Assembly (NCBI GenBank): GCA_965208905.1
Contig: OZ242365.1
Span: 960,001 to 1,024,000 of the forward strand
Source of the DNA: Nitrosopumilaceae archaeon
GTDB lineage: Archaea; Thermoproteota; Nitrososphaeria; Nitrososphaerales; Nitrosopumilaceae
DNA: 64,000 bases
Direction of reading: 5' to 3'
In this document: in pieces, positions 9,933 to 19,091 of the stretch
Position numbering within the stretch: position 1 is the first letter of the stretch
Layout of the letters: every line of letters starts with the position of its first letter
The notes under the pieces: generated by a model
Database searches by the model: none
Seen by the model: only the letters and a program-made list of their open reading frames with translations
Told to the model about the DNA's origin: nothing
Position numbers and translations under genes: made by a program

Positions 9933-10919
9933 TATGGTATCGTACTCCTCATCTATACGTGGCAGTATGTCTGTATTAGTTATGGTCTGAGCCGCATATA
10001 TGGCGCCCCCCGCGCCGGCCCCCTCTTTGGCAAAGCCCTCTGCATACGCCCGGATTCCTGCATGTCTTGAGTCTTCTAGATGTGGATTCACTGATATTAC
10101 ATTAACGCCAAATAGCTCAGCCTGCTTATGGAATGATACTTTTGGGTCATCGGCCACATATGTGGTCGTCGCCAATGTTGTGTCTTGTATGTTATGTTTC
10201 ATCTTGATAGATAAAGCTAATACGGCTAGCATCTGTGTGCCACCTGCTAATATGACATTTGATGATGATCCATTTAGCATGCCGGCCACAAACAGTATCA
10301 TGGGGTCGGCGGTCTGCGCCGCTACATTCAGATATGTGTCCATGTTTAAGCGTGACAGGGCAGCAGATACTACCCGCTCTTTTATATCTGTAGGATTGTC
10401 TGGCATTGATGAGCTCACTTTATACGGCAAGTTTAGTCCCCGTAGGAGCGCCAATGCCGTAGTGGTACCCGCAGGTATGGACTCTCCTATGATTAGATTG
10501 TCACAGAGTGATGATAATGTATGACCCACATACTCGCCTACCTGCATCGTGTATACGGCGTCCTTATACGACATGGCAGGTTTCACCTCTATGTTGTTTC
10601 CAGGTTTTATGCCTGTGTGTATGTGTGGCATCTGGGGTGACACGGCACAGCCGGCATCTATTACGATATGTGGTATATCTGCGTATGTTAGGGCTGCTCT
10701 TGTTAGTAGAGCGGGTGTGGGCTTGCCGTCGGGAGTTACCGGCAGACCTGGTATGGATATGCAGTGACCATGGTGTATCAACTCGGCATCGGCAGGTGGC
10801 GTATATATTGTATCTTGAGGGCTGGCCCCAGCAATTGTGATTCCAGGTATCTTTGCTGTATCGGTATATGATAGTACAAGTGAGAATAGGGTGCGGCCCG
10901 GCTTTAGAGTCAAGATCAT
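9915..10919 (-). CDS. cobT: Archaeal nicotinate-nucleotide--dimethylbenzimidazole phosphoribosyltransferase (CobT type)
   Basis: IPGITIAG, TPPADAE, GESIPAGTTTA, LAGGTQM, KEGAGAGG; start placed at the ATG overlapping the upstream stop (ATGA). Confidence 0.9.
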   Translation of the reverse strand: MILTLKPGRTLFSLVLSYTDTAKIPGITIAGASPQDTIYTPPADAELIHHGHCISIPGLPVTPDGKPTPALLTRAALTYADIPHIVIDAGCAVSPQMPHIHTGIKPGNNIEVKPAMSYKDAVYTMQVGEYVGHTLSSLCDNLIIGESIPAGTTTALALLRGLNLPYKVSSSMPDNPTDIKERVVSAALSRLNMDTYLNVAAQTADPMILFVAGMLNGSSSNVILAGGTQMLAVLALSIKMKHNIQDTTLATTTYVADDPKVSFHKQAELFGVNVISVNPHLEDSRHAGIRAYAEGFAKEGAGAGGAIYAAQTITNTDILPRIDEEYDTILLDRD

Positions 10920-11530
10920 CCCAACAATGCAACAAACTCTTCTTCTGTGCGGGGCTGTAGTGCTAGATTGGTTGCTCTCTGTTCTTGTATGGTGCTTTTG
11001 GTGGTTCTGCCATAGTTGTGTCCTGGGTATATGGTATATGTGCCGTCTAGTTTTGATAGTCGTTGTAGTGAGTGATATAACTGCGATGCATCGCCTCCCG
11101 GCAGGTCTGTTCGCCCACAACTACCCACAAAGAGCGTGTCTCCGGTGAGAATTATCTTTTGTGTATCGTTTAGTAGAGATATACTGTCTTGTGAGTGGCC
11201 TGGCGTATGTAACACTTGTAGTTTACTGTCTCCAAAGTTTACCGTATCACCTTCGTTTATGTCTATATTGTGAGGCATACCTGAGCTGGCATGCTGTATA
11301 ATTGATATGCGTAATCGTTGGGATAATACCTGATTGCCCAGTGTATGATCAAAGTGACTATGTGTGTTGACTATATTGATTGGTTGAAGATCTTTGGCTG
11401 ATATGTAGTCTGTAATCTTGTCTAAATCCCATGACGGGTCCACTATGATGGCCTTGCTGGTGTGGCTATCATGTATCACATAAGTAAAATTTTGCATCGA
11501 ACCTACTGATATCTGCTTTATCAGTATCAT
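10916..11530 (-). CDS. MBL-fold metallo-hydrolase (glyoxalase II-like)
   Basis: THSHFDH, HTPGHS, GDTLF, PGHNY. Confidence 0.93.
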   Translation of the reverse strand: MILIKQISVGSMQNFTYVIHDSHTSKAIIVDPSWDLDKITDYISAKDLQPINIVNTHSHFDHTLGNQVLSQRLRISIIQHASSGMPHNIDINEGDTVNFGDSKLQVLHTPGHSQDSISLLNDTQKIILTGDTLFVGSCGRTDLPGGDASQLYHSLQRLSKLDGTYTIYPGHNYGRTTKSTIQEQRATNLALQPRTEEEFVALLG

Positions 11531-12171
11531 TATATGATGCCCTCCTCGGCTTCGGGAGGGATTCCTATACGTTCTGTGTATAATATACCGGTTATATCTG
11601 GCCGTTTGGGAATGCCCCGTTTCATCTTGTGGAACGTCACAGTTACATCCGCATGTATGCATGCGTCGGCATGTAGACCTGTATCTGGATTCAGACCAGA
11701 TGGCACATCTACGGCCAATACAAATGCCTCTGAATTATTTACGTACTGTATGGCTGTACTGTATGGCTCTCTTATCTCTCCTGTTATACCCGTACCTAGC
11801 ATGGCATCTACTATTATGTCGTACTGTATTGTAGTATCTATACTGCCTGATATTGTTATGGATGGCATCTTTGTTAGTATGTTGTAGTTTTGTTGACACT
11901 CCGTAGTCTTTATCTTTGATGGCTCTCCCATCAGACATATGGTGACATCGGCTCCATAACCGGCCAGATGTCTTGCCATGACTAGGCCATCGCCACCGTT
12001 GTTGCCCATACCTGCTATGACAAGTATGGTTTTGGATGATATGTCATCTGTATGGCTTAGCAGTCTTTGTACGGCGGCCGCCCCGGCATTCTCCATCATC
12101 AATATTTTATGGAATCCCATTTTGTGGCCAGCATTTTCAATGTCGTACATCTGCTTTACCGATATCTCCAT
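11530..12171 (-). CDS. nnrE: NAD(P)H-hydrate epimerase (YjeF N-terminal domain)
   Basis: LMMENAG, GNNGGDG, DAMLGTG, AVDVPSG. Confidence 0.95.
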   Translation of the reverse strand: MEISVKQMYDIENAGHKMGFHKILMMENAGAAAVQRLLSHTDDISSKTILVIAGMGNNGGDGLVMARHLAGYGADVTICLMGEPSKIKTTECQQNYNILTKMPSITISGSIDTTIQYDIIVDAMLGTGITGEIREPYSTAIQYVNNSEAFVLAVDVPSGLNPDTGLHADACIHADVTVTFHKMKRGIPKRPDITGILYTERIGIPPEAEEGII

Positions 12172-12203
12172 GAATGTGTAGTATAATCATCCTGATAATA
12201 TCT

Positions 12204-12384
12204 TTTGCAAAATCGACAGCGGTTCATAATTTGTGACCTGGCACAACCCGGATAGTCCGGCCGCCATGCGAAACCCGGACCGCGCGGCACGTATTGGCCA
12301 ATCATTGATGCTTTTCCTCTTTCAATAGAATTACTTGAGACCTAAATTCCGCATTCTCTTTTTCTAAAAGATCGATTTTGCAGT
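12204..12384. mobile_element. Candidate MITE / IS remnant (about 180 bp)
   Basis: Inverted TGCAAAATCGA (12206-12216) / TCGATTTTGCA (12372-12382); ATATCT direct repeat at 12198-12203 and 12385-12390; GC-rich core. Confidence 0.45.
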
Positions 12385-12547
12385 ATATCTTTCTTAATTA
12401 CTTTCTGAGTAATGCAGAATCTCCCATTAAATTATCTAAATTTGATACCAGCTTAACCTTTCTATCCAAATCTGTCCTTTATGTAGGCCTGAGCATATAC
12501 GAATTGGGGGCTTTAACATTAAATAATAATATCATCTACTAATATTA

Positions 12548-12667
12548 ATGCCAGATATAGATATGACCGAGTATAGGCAGATACGAGCCGAATTGGATGA
12601 GCTAAACACCAGAGTTGACGCAATCCATTCAGAAATTGATAAGATAGAACAAAAATTAGGAAGATAA
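12548..12667 (+). CDS. Small coiled-coil protein, 39 aa (below the ORF-track cutoff)
   Basis: MPDIDMTEYRQIRAELDELNTRVDAIHSEIDKIEQKLGR; heptad pattern; TATA-like TTAAATA upstream. Confidence 0.45.
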   Translation: MPDIDMTEYRQIRAELDELNTRVDAIHSEIDKIEQKLGR

Positions 12668-12847
12668 CCGATAAATTTTGTCTTCTAGTTGACCGACCAT
12701 CTCGTATAACTCTTTGATTTCATTTTTCTGCGTCTCAACCCTTCCAACAATATCACGTGCTTCTTCACTCAGCATGACCAATCTATCTTCCCCCGCACGA
12801 ATACGACGATATATGTTGGCAAGTTCTTCTCGCAGTTCTTCAAACAA
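12656..12847 (-). CDS. Small coiled-coil protein (possibly pseudogenised)
   Basis: Heptad pattern; the in-frame upstream ATG (12858) is followed by a stop (MD*LFEEL). Confidence 0.4.
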   Translation of the reverse strand: MFEELREELANIYRRIRAGEDRLVMLSEEARDIVGRVETQKNEIKELYEMVGQLEDKIYRLSS

Positions 12848-13755
12848 TTAATCCATACTATCAAATTATTCTAGGGTGGTTAAAGGGTTGGCGTGAAGTG
12901 GCTGCGCACACCATTACAAAATCAAAGATATCAACGAGATATCAGCAGAAATTGAATTCGTTTCATCTTTGGTACCACACATCTACACTTACCACATATG
13001 TAATCACCATCTTCCAGTATAGGTTCGCCCATGGTCGATAACGCGTAGTTACATGTCGGTTCTGTAGGTGTCACATGATTGTTGGTAGATGCTTTATGGC
13101 CTGCTGGCTTTTGGTTGCCAGTTGTGGATACCGTCTCTGTCGGCCCAATATCTGACTGGCATCTTTGCCGATACACGTATGCCTCTCTGCCAGGCTCGGG
13201 CCTTTGCCAGATTGCGTATGTTATTTAAAGTCCATACTGGCCAAGATGAGTAGTTTCAAAAGAATCAGGTACACCATACAAAATGACCAGATTCTGGTCA
13301 GCAACACCAATTCGCAAGAGTACATCACGCAAGACAAATGAAGTACGTAATTTATCTGATCCTCCGCGTTTGTCCGAGAACCGGTGTCTTGCCAGTGGTG
13401 GTTATACCAGTCGAGCCGGCCACTATGATGTGTACCTTGTCACCTGTCATCTTAATTGTGATGCAGTTGCCCTTTATAGAGACGGTCTGGGCGCAGGCCA
13501 GCCTCCATAGGGTTATTGTGGTCGGAGCCTTTTCCACCTTGCCCAGCATCTCATCTGCCATTCTTTTGTTATGCGCATACCCTTACCGATCATCCACCGT
13601 GTGTATGCAATGCTGCCCATCAGCAGGTCTGAGTATGCGTATGGTCAACCCCTCTTGGAGCAGTCCATCTCATCCATCTGACTGCCCGTAGGGATCTATG
13701 ATGCCGACCCGTAGTCGGGAGGCATGCAAATTATGAAACGCTATCATGAAATCTA

Positions 13756-15269
13756 GGTTCCTACTGCAAGCACGGGGGCTCCCGCACCTACAATACATTA
13801 CACGTCACACCAGAGGACGACGGTGTATAGAGCATCTCGTTCCCCGGTCTGTGCTTGACGTTTCTCAGGGGAGCTGATGCAAGAACCCTCCACGTCCAGA
13901 CGCCCCTTAACATGGGTGCTGCCGGTATTGTCCGGCAAGTTTCGTAAGTTTAGTTGGCCATGCCTAGCCCCCGGGCCAAGTTTCTTCAGCCCCACATCCT
14001 CTATGTTTGAGCCCGCATTACAGTCGGCATGATACGTGTAGCCACACTTCTTACACAAGAACCGTCTACCATCCCGGTTGTCCTTATGTGTATAACCGCA
14101 CGAGTAGCACCGTTGGCTTGTATACGCTGCAGCAACCCAAATTATTTCGCCAGTCAACTTGTACGCCAACAGTAATGCCAACAGCCCCCAGCACTGCTCC
14201 AGAATGGCCTTATTGAGACCAGATTTCTGCGCAACGTTTTTGCCGGGTTTTTCTTCCGTACCCTTGGCGGACTTTGCCATGTTTTGTATAGGAAGTTTCT
14301 CAAAGGCGGCATGTGTGGTGCTGTCCGATATAACGCGTGATATTTTATGCGCGGTGGTCTTTCGAATATTTGCAGCTTTGCGTTTGTTCTTGGCAGCCCT
14401 CTTGGCAGCTTTGGCCCACCGTCGGGAGCCGGGCTTACGATTTACACAGTCGGGTTTCTGCCTGCGTGATGCTATCTTTTGTGCCTTAGAGGCTGTTTTT
14501 TCGGCGTTGTTCATGCGGCGTGTCATCTTTTCGGGTACCATTATTACACAGTCAGGTGTGGCCACATTACCAACATTCCGGTCTATACCAATAACAGTCT
14601 GTTCGGTCACGGTTGGCTTCTCATCGGGTATATCACAGGATATGGTAATCCTCCACCCGCCATCCGGTAGTTGAAATAGTTGTGCCGTCTTGTATCGGTA
14701 ATTCAAGACGGGAAACTCCCGCGACAGTTTAACCTCGCCCATCTTGGCTATCTTGATTGTACGTGTATCAGTGAAGCGCGCTTGACCAGTAGTGCCATCA
14801 TGCGTTATCGTCAACGGGATGGAGATGTGACCTCCATATTTCTTAAAGTGCGGTTCACCAAATTCCGCCTTAGGTTTGATGTTGACAGCCTTCAGCCTCT
14901 CTGTTTTCACATATTGGTCATAATGCCTGCCCAAGTCATGTAATATTTGGCGCGTCACCCCGGATATGGACTGACGCATCCAACGCGGACCCGAATGGCT
15001 GCGCAAGTCCGTATACCACGCGCTTATCCTACCACGCGTAGTGTTGACCCTCCCGGTTCGACGGTACTCTTCCTTGAAGGTTTCTAACAGTTTGTTATAC
15101 ACGTACCTGTCCATGCCGGCCTGTCTGGCTAACATCTCCTTCTTGAACCCTTTACGAAATCTAACGCCGAATGTGTATGTGCGTAGTACCATTAGCGTAC
15201 AGTACGGTCTACATGTTTAAAAAGATAGTTGAGATGTGATATATGGCACCCATCCTTGCGGGAGGAACC
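13756..15269 (-). mobile_element. TIR/TSD-bounded tnpB element A
   Basis: TIRs GGTTCCTACTGCAAG (13756-13770) and CTTGCGGGAGGAACC (15255-15269), 13/15 match; flanks GAAATCTA (13748-13755) and GAAATCTG (15270-15277). Confidence 0.85.
13798..15192 (-). CDS. tnpB: TnpB RNA-guided endonuclease
   Basis: HTH N-terminus (RYVYN), RuvC-I GIDRN, RuvC-II FEKL, YTSQRC..C/C..C zinc finger, RuvC-III HADCNA..NI. Confidence 0.95.
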   Translation of the reverse strand: MVLRTYTFGVRFRKGFKKEMLARQAGMDRYVYNKLLETFKEEYRRTGRVNTTRGRISAWYTDLRSHSGPRWMRQSISGVTRQILHDLGRHYDQYVKTERLKAVNIKPKAEFGEPHFKKYGGHISIPLTITHDGTTGQARFTDTRTIKIAKMGEVKLSREFPVLNYRYKTAQLFQLPDGGWRITISCDIPDEKPTVTEQTVIGIDRNVGNVATPDCVIMVPEKMTRRMNNAEKTASKAQKIASRRQKPDCVNRKPGSRRWAKAAKRAAKNKRKAANIRKTTAHKISRVISDSTTHAAFEKLPIQNMAKSAKGTEEKPGKNVAQKSGLNKAILEQCWGLLALLLAYKLTGEIIWVAAAYTSQRCYSCGYTHKDNRDGRRFLCKKCGYTYHADCNAGSNIEDVGLKKLGPGARHGQLNLRNLPDNTGSTHVKGRLDVEGSCISSPEKRQAQTGERDALYTVVLWCDV

Positions 15270-15302
15270 GAAATCTGAAACATTAAAAATTAGGCGTTAT
15301 AC

Positions 15303-16811
15303 ATGGGGAGTATGTACTATGGCGTACCTGATGACTATGAGAGCATTCGTACCATAGGCGACCTATTGGATTCGGAGTATGAGTTTGCAGATGCTCCAAG
15401 ACAGTTGCGGGAGAATCTGATGATGAGGCTAAGTGACGATGACAGATATCCGGGTATTATAGGCCTGGACTCTGATGTGATACCCGCCTTGGATAGGGCC
15501 ATATTGGCTGGTCATGATGTCTTGCTGGTGGGACAAATCGGCCAAGCAAAGACTCGCTTGGCGCAGGTGATATCCTCCACACTACTATCTCCCATGCCTG
15601 TAATACATGGCAGTATTACCAATGATACCCCATATGATTTGCCATCTGCGCAACTTGCCGCACTATTACAGAGTGATGATATTGCTTCTGCATCATCAGA
15701 GTTCTATATCAGTCCTGAGAGTTCTGAGTATATACGGGATAATGGTTATGATGCTAAAATTAGATGGGTATCAGGTTTGGATAGATCAAAGTTTGTAGTG
15801 GCCACTCCCGACATTACTGTAAAGGATATGGTGGGGTATATCGATGTGGCCAAGGTGGCAAAGAAGTGTGTCGAGATGTATGATGTGTCAACATACTCAC
15901 CAGGTTATCTAATGCAGGCCAAACATGGCATACTCTGTATTGATGAGCTACCCGTCCTAGATACGCGCAAGCAGGTTGCTCTGCTGTCTGTACTACAAGA
16001 TGGACTCTTCACTGCAGGTTCGTATCCTGTAGTGTTTAGGCCTCGTACTGTATTATTCGCAACGGCAAATCCTGTGGATTACACGCACTCGGGGCGTATC
16101 ATAGAGCCATTGTATGATAGATTAAAGAGTCACATACGCACCAGATATCCCAATACAATACAAGATGAGATGCGTATAATACTACAGGAGGCCAACACAC
16201 CAAAGAGTGCGATAATATCTGATACCGTATTACATGTATTGGCTGGGATAATACGTAATGTGCGCGCCAGCCCACTGGTAAATCAGGAGAAGGGTGTGAG
16301 TGTCCGTATGGGTATACATGGCTTGGAGTTGTTAGTTGCTGAGGCGTATAGGGCAAGACCTGATGCGATACCTTCCCCTAGAATTTCTGATATGCATTGT
16401 CTGTATCAGGTGGCCCGCTTTGAGTTATCTGAGATTGATGATACATCTCAGAACCGACACGATACACTACATGATGTAATTAATCAAACAATACAAAATT
16501 ATGATGATAATATCAATAATGTTACAATGGAGCCGTCTGATGTGGACAAAATAAAATCAGAGTTTGAGGGAGCTGAATTTCATACATCAAATACAATGTC
16601 GTATATAGAGCAGTTGCAGACTTTTCCTACTTTATGTAATATTGTGAAGCAATTTACCAGTAATGGGAATTTTCACACCTTTAATACAAAAAATAATAGC
16701 GAAATAAAAGAGGCAGTCATGCCAGTAATGGTAGAGATTGTACTAGAGTGGTTGTGTAGACAGACGCCTAAAATATTGGAACGTCGTGACTCTAAATATG
16801 TCCTCGCATAA
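15303..16811 (+). CDS. ChlI/MoxR-like AAA+ ATPase
   Basis: Walker A GQIGQAKT, Walker B ILCIDELP, ATANPVDYT. Confidence 0.88.
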   Translation: MGSMYYGVPDDYESIRTIGDLLDSEYEFADAPRQLRENLMMRLSDDDRYPGIIGLDSDVIPALDRAILAGHDVLLVGQIGQAKTRLAQVISSTLLSPMPVIHGSITNDTPYDLPSAQLAALLQSDDIASASSEFYISPESSEYIRDNGYDAKIRWVSGLDRSKFVVATPDITVKDMVGYIDVAKVAKKCVEMYDVSTYSPGYLMQAKHGILCIDELPVLDTRKQVALLSVLQDGLFTAGSYPVVFRPRTVLFATANPVDYTHSGRIIEPLYDRLKSHIRTRYPNTIQDEMRIILQEANTPKSAIISDTVLHVLAGIIRNVRASPLVNQEKGVSVRMGIHGLELLVAEAYRARPDAIPSPRISDMHCLYQVARFELSEIDDTSQNRHDTLHDVINQTIQNYDDNINNVTMEPSDVDKIKSEFEGAEFHTSNTMSYIEQLQTFPTLCNIVKQFTSNGNFHTFNTKNNSEIKEAVMPVMVEIVLEWLCRQTPKILERRDSKYVLA

Positions 16812-18087
16812 TGTGTATACGTCTGCCGGTCCACAGGTAACTGCGCAACAAAATGAGGATGAAATAAATCAAGATAATGGTGAAAAGCTACTAGAAAGAT
16901 TATGCCAGCAAGCACTAAAGGGAAAGAGCACACTAAATGATGTCAATAAGGCATTTGTTTTGATGGAGGGTGATAATAATACTGAGACTGGCGAGACGAT
17001 TGGCGATGGAAAGTCGGCCATAAAGAGACTACAAAACATGGGGTATGTTAAAGATGAAAAAAAGTGGCTTACAAAGAAGGGATTTGATGCCATTAGCCGA
17101 ATGATACTGCGAAATATTATGCAGAATGCAAAATCCTCTGGTGTCGGGGAACATATGACCAATCTGAGGGGAAGTGGTGAGATTACCATGGATATGACCC
17201 GTAAATATGAGTTTGGCGACGACCCAAAGAATTTGAGCGTACATGATACGTTATTTAATGCAATATTGTATAATGGAAATAATAAATTCCCACTAAATGT
17301 AACAACACAGGATATGGCCGTACATGAGACATACTCGGATACTCGGGCTGCCATAGTATACTGTATTGATTTGAGCTCTACAATGAAGACAAAGATGAAG
17401 GATGGTACCAGTCGTATGGAGTCGGCCAAACGGGCGCTCTGGGGCTTGTATGGTGCTAACACAAAATTATTTCCTGACGACTCGGTGTATATTGTGGGAT
17501 TTGCGTCCATGGCGGCGCGTATAACCCCATATGATATACCATACTTGCGCGCCTTTGATGCAGATGAGTTTCTTCATTATACAAATTATCAGGCAGCATT
17601 GCAGTTATCCCGTAGTATTTTACGTAATATGACATCTGAGAATAAAAAAATAATTTTAATTACCGATGGCCAGCCTAGCGCGTGTTATGTTGAAAATACA
17701 TATCAAAAAGATGTAATATTATCCGAGAAACCCTACTCTAACTTTTATGCGCCAGAACAAGATATCTTAAATCGCATATATGCAGAGAAGAGCATGCGAC
17801 TGGATGCCAATAAAGATAGGCAGGTATACCTATGTTATAGATACAAAAAGGTAGATGCGCGCATACATGCGCAGACCATACGTGAGGCGCGTAGGTGCCA
17901 AAGTGATGGCATATCCATAGATACGGTGGTAATCACTGATGAGCCAGAGCTTGTTGAATATGGACAGACATTTGCAAAAGAGACTCACGGTATGATGTTT
18001 CATACATCTGATGGCAGCATGGCCGATATTCTTGTAAGAGACTATATTGGGCGTTCACACATTTGGACTCAATGGAACATGATGTAG
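16798..18087 (+). CDS. von Willebrand factor A domain protein (partner of the AAA ATPase)
   Basis: MIDAS DLSSTM, TNYQAAL, ILITDGQP. Confidence 0.9.
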   Translation: MSSHNVYTSAGPQVTAQQNEDEINQDNGEKLLERLCQQALKGKSTLNDVNKAFVLMEGDNNTETGETIGDGKSAIKRLQNMGYVKDEKKWLTKKGFDAISRMILRNIMQNAKSSGVGEHMTNLRGSGEITMDMTRKYEFGDDPKNLSVHDTLFNAILYNGNNKFPLNVTTQDMAVHETYSDTRAAIVYCIDLSSTMKTKMKDGTSRMESAKRALWGLYGANTKLFPDDSVYIVGFASMAARITPYDIPYLRAFDADEFLHYTNYQAALQLSRSILRNMTSENKKIILITDGQPSACYVENTYQKDVILSEKPYSNFYAPEQDILNRIYAEKSMRLDANKDRQVYLCYRYKKVDARIHAQTIREARRCQSDGISIDTVVITDEPELVEYGQTFAKETHGMMFHTSDGSMADILVRDYIGRSHIWTQWNMM

Positions 18088-18365
18088 ATAAAATACGTGA
18101 TGTACTGTTTGATGAGCGCATATCACTGGCTTTGGCTGAACTTGAGTCTGGGCCAAAAAATATTGATTATTTGGCGCGTGTAGCTGATATGGATGCTGAG
18201 GTTTTAGCCAAACGCCTTGAATATGCAGTACAAAGTGGATTTCTATACTGTACTAATAATATGTACTCGGCAAATACCAAGAAACTGGAAGAGTTCTTGT
18301 CTAATGATGGACAGTTCGACTCTGTTGTGGATAGTATTACAGAGATGGATAGTTACCTGAATTGA
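18072..18365 (+). CDS. Conserved thaumarchaeal hypothetical protein (wHTH-like)
   Basis: Operon-coupled ORF, C-terminal EMDSYLN. Confidence 0.7.
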   Translation: MEHDVDKIRDVLFDERISLALAELESGPKNIDYLARVADMDAEVLAKRLEYAVQSGFLYCTNNMYSANTKKLEEFLSNDGQFDSVVDSITEMDSYLN

Positions 18366-18855
18366 TACGGCGTCTCTGTATTATGAGATATACTGCTGAT
18401 GCGATCATGCCCACTACTCCGACCAACAACATGTATGATGCAAACAATCCCAAGGATGTGGCCACTTCATCAGGTTCAGGCCCTATCACTGCTGTTACCG
18501 ATACTGGATTTAAGTCGGTCTCTATTACCAGTGTGTATTCATGCGTCTCATCCACTGGGAATCTCTCTTCGTATACGCTCTCATCTATTGTGGCAGATGT
18601 GGTTACTGCCCGCAGTGGTCCTAGGACGGTCGCCTTGACGCTCATCCCTTCGGTGTGATCCATAATCTCTACGGCGTATACGCCACCTGCCCCCCTTTCG
18701 ATTTCAGCAGTTATCTCTAGTGGCACGCCTACCTCTACCATGCCTGTACCTACACTGAGATCATCAAATATCATGCTACTTGAAAATGTGCCTATGCCCA
18801 GTCCAGCAGCCAGTAGTGCAGCCATACTTAGTAGTAGTATAGTGGGTTTTTGCAT
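18337..18855 (-). CDS. Membrane-anchored hypothetical protein
   Basis: N- and C-terminal hydrophobic segments. Confidence 0.75.
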   Translation of the reverse strand: MQKPTILLLSMAALLAAGLGIGTFSSSMIFDDLSVGTGMVEVGVPLEITAEIERGAGGVYAVEIMDHTEGMSVKATVLGPLRAVTTSATIDESVYEERFPVDETHEYTLVIETDLNPVSVTAVIGPEPDEVATSLGLFASYMLLVGVVGMIASAVYLIIQRRRINSGNYPSL

Positions 18856-19091
18856 AATATCTGAATTTTATGCTGGCATGATTAAAACTTATGCTATTAC
18901 ATGTCATATCATTTCAAAAGTCATATATGTTGCAACAATTAGCAGTATACTAAAAACAACAATTATCACACGGCAGCAGTTCCAAATACGATTGTAATAA
19001 CGTTTACAGGCCGTGTGATTGTACATGTAAAGTAGATGATTGGACATAAATTATGCAAAACTTCCCCTAAAGGTCGTTATGGAATGTAATC

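Noticed and set aside
12931-13740. Fragments with a P-loop-like HIIVAGSTG..GKT and a CxxC motif (possible HerA/FtsK-type remnant)
   Set aside because: Multiple stops and frameshifts; too degraded to assign by eye.
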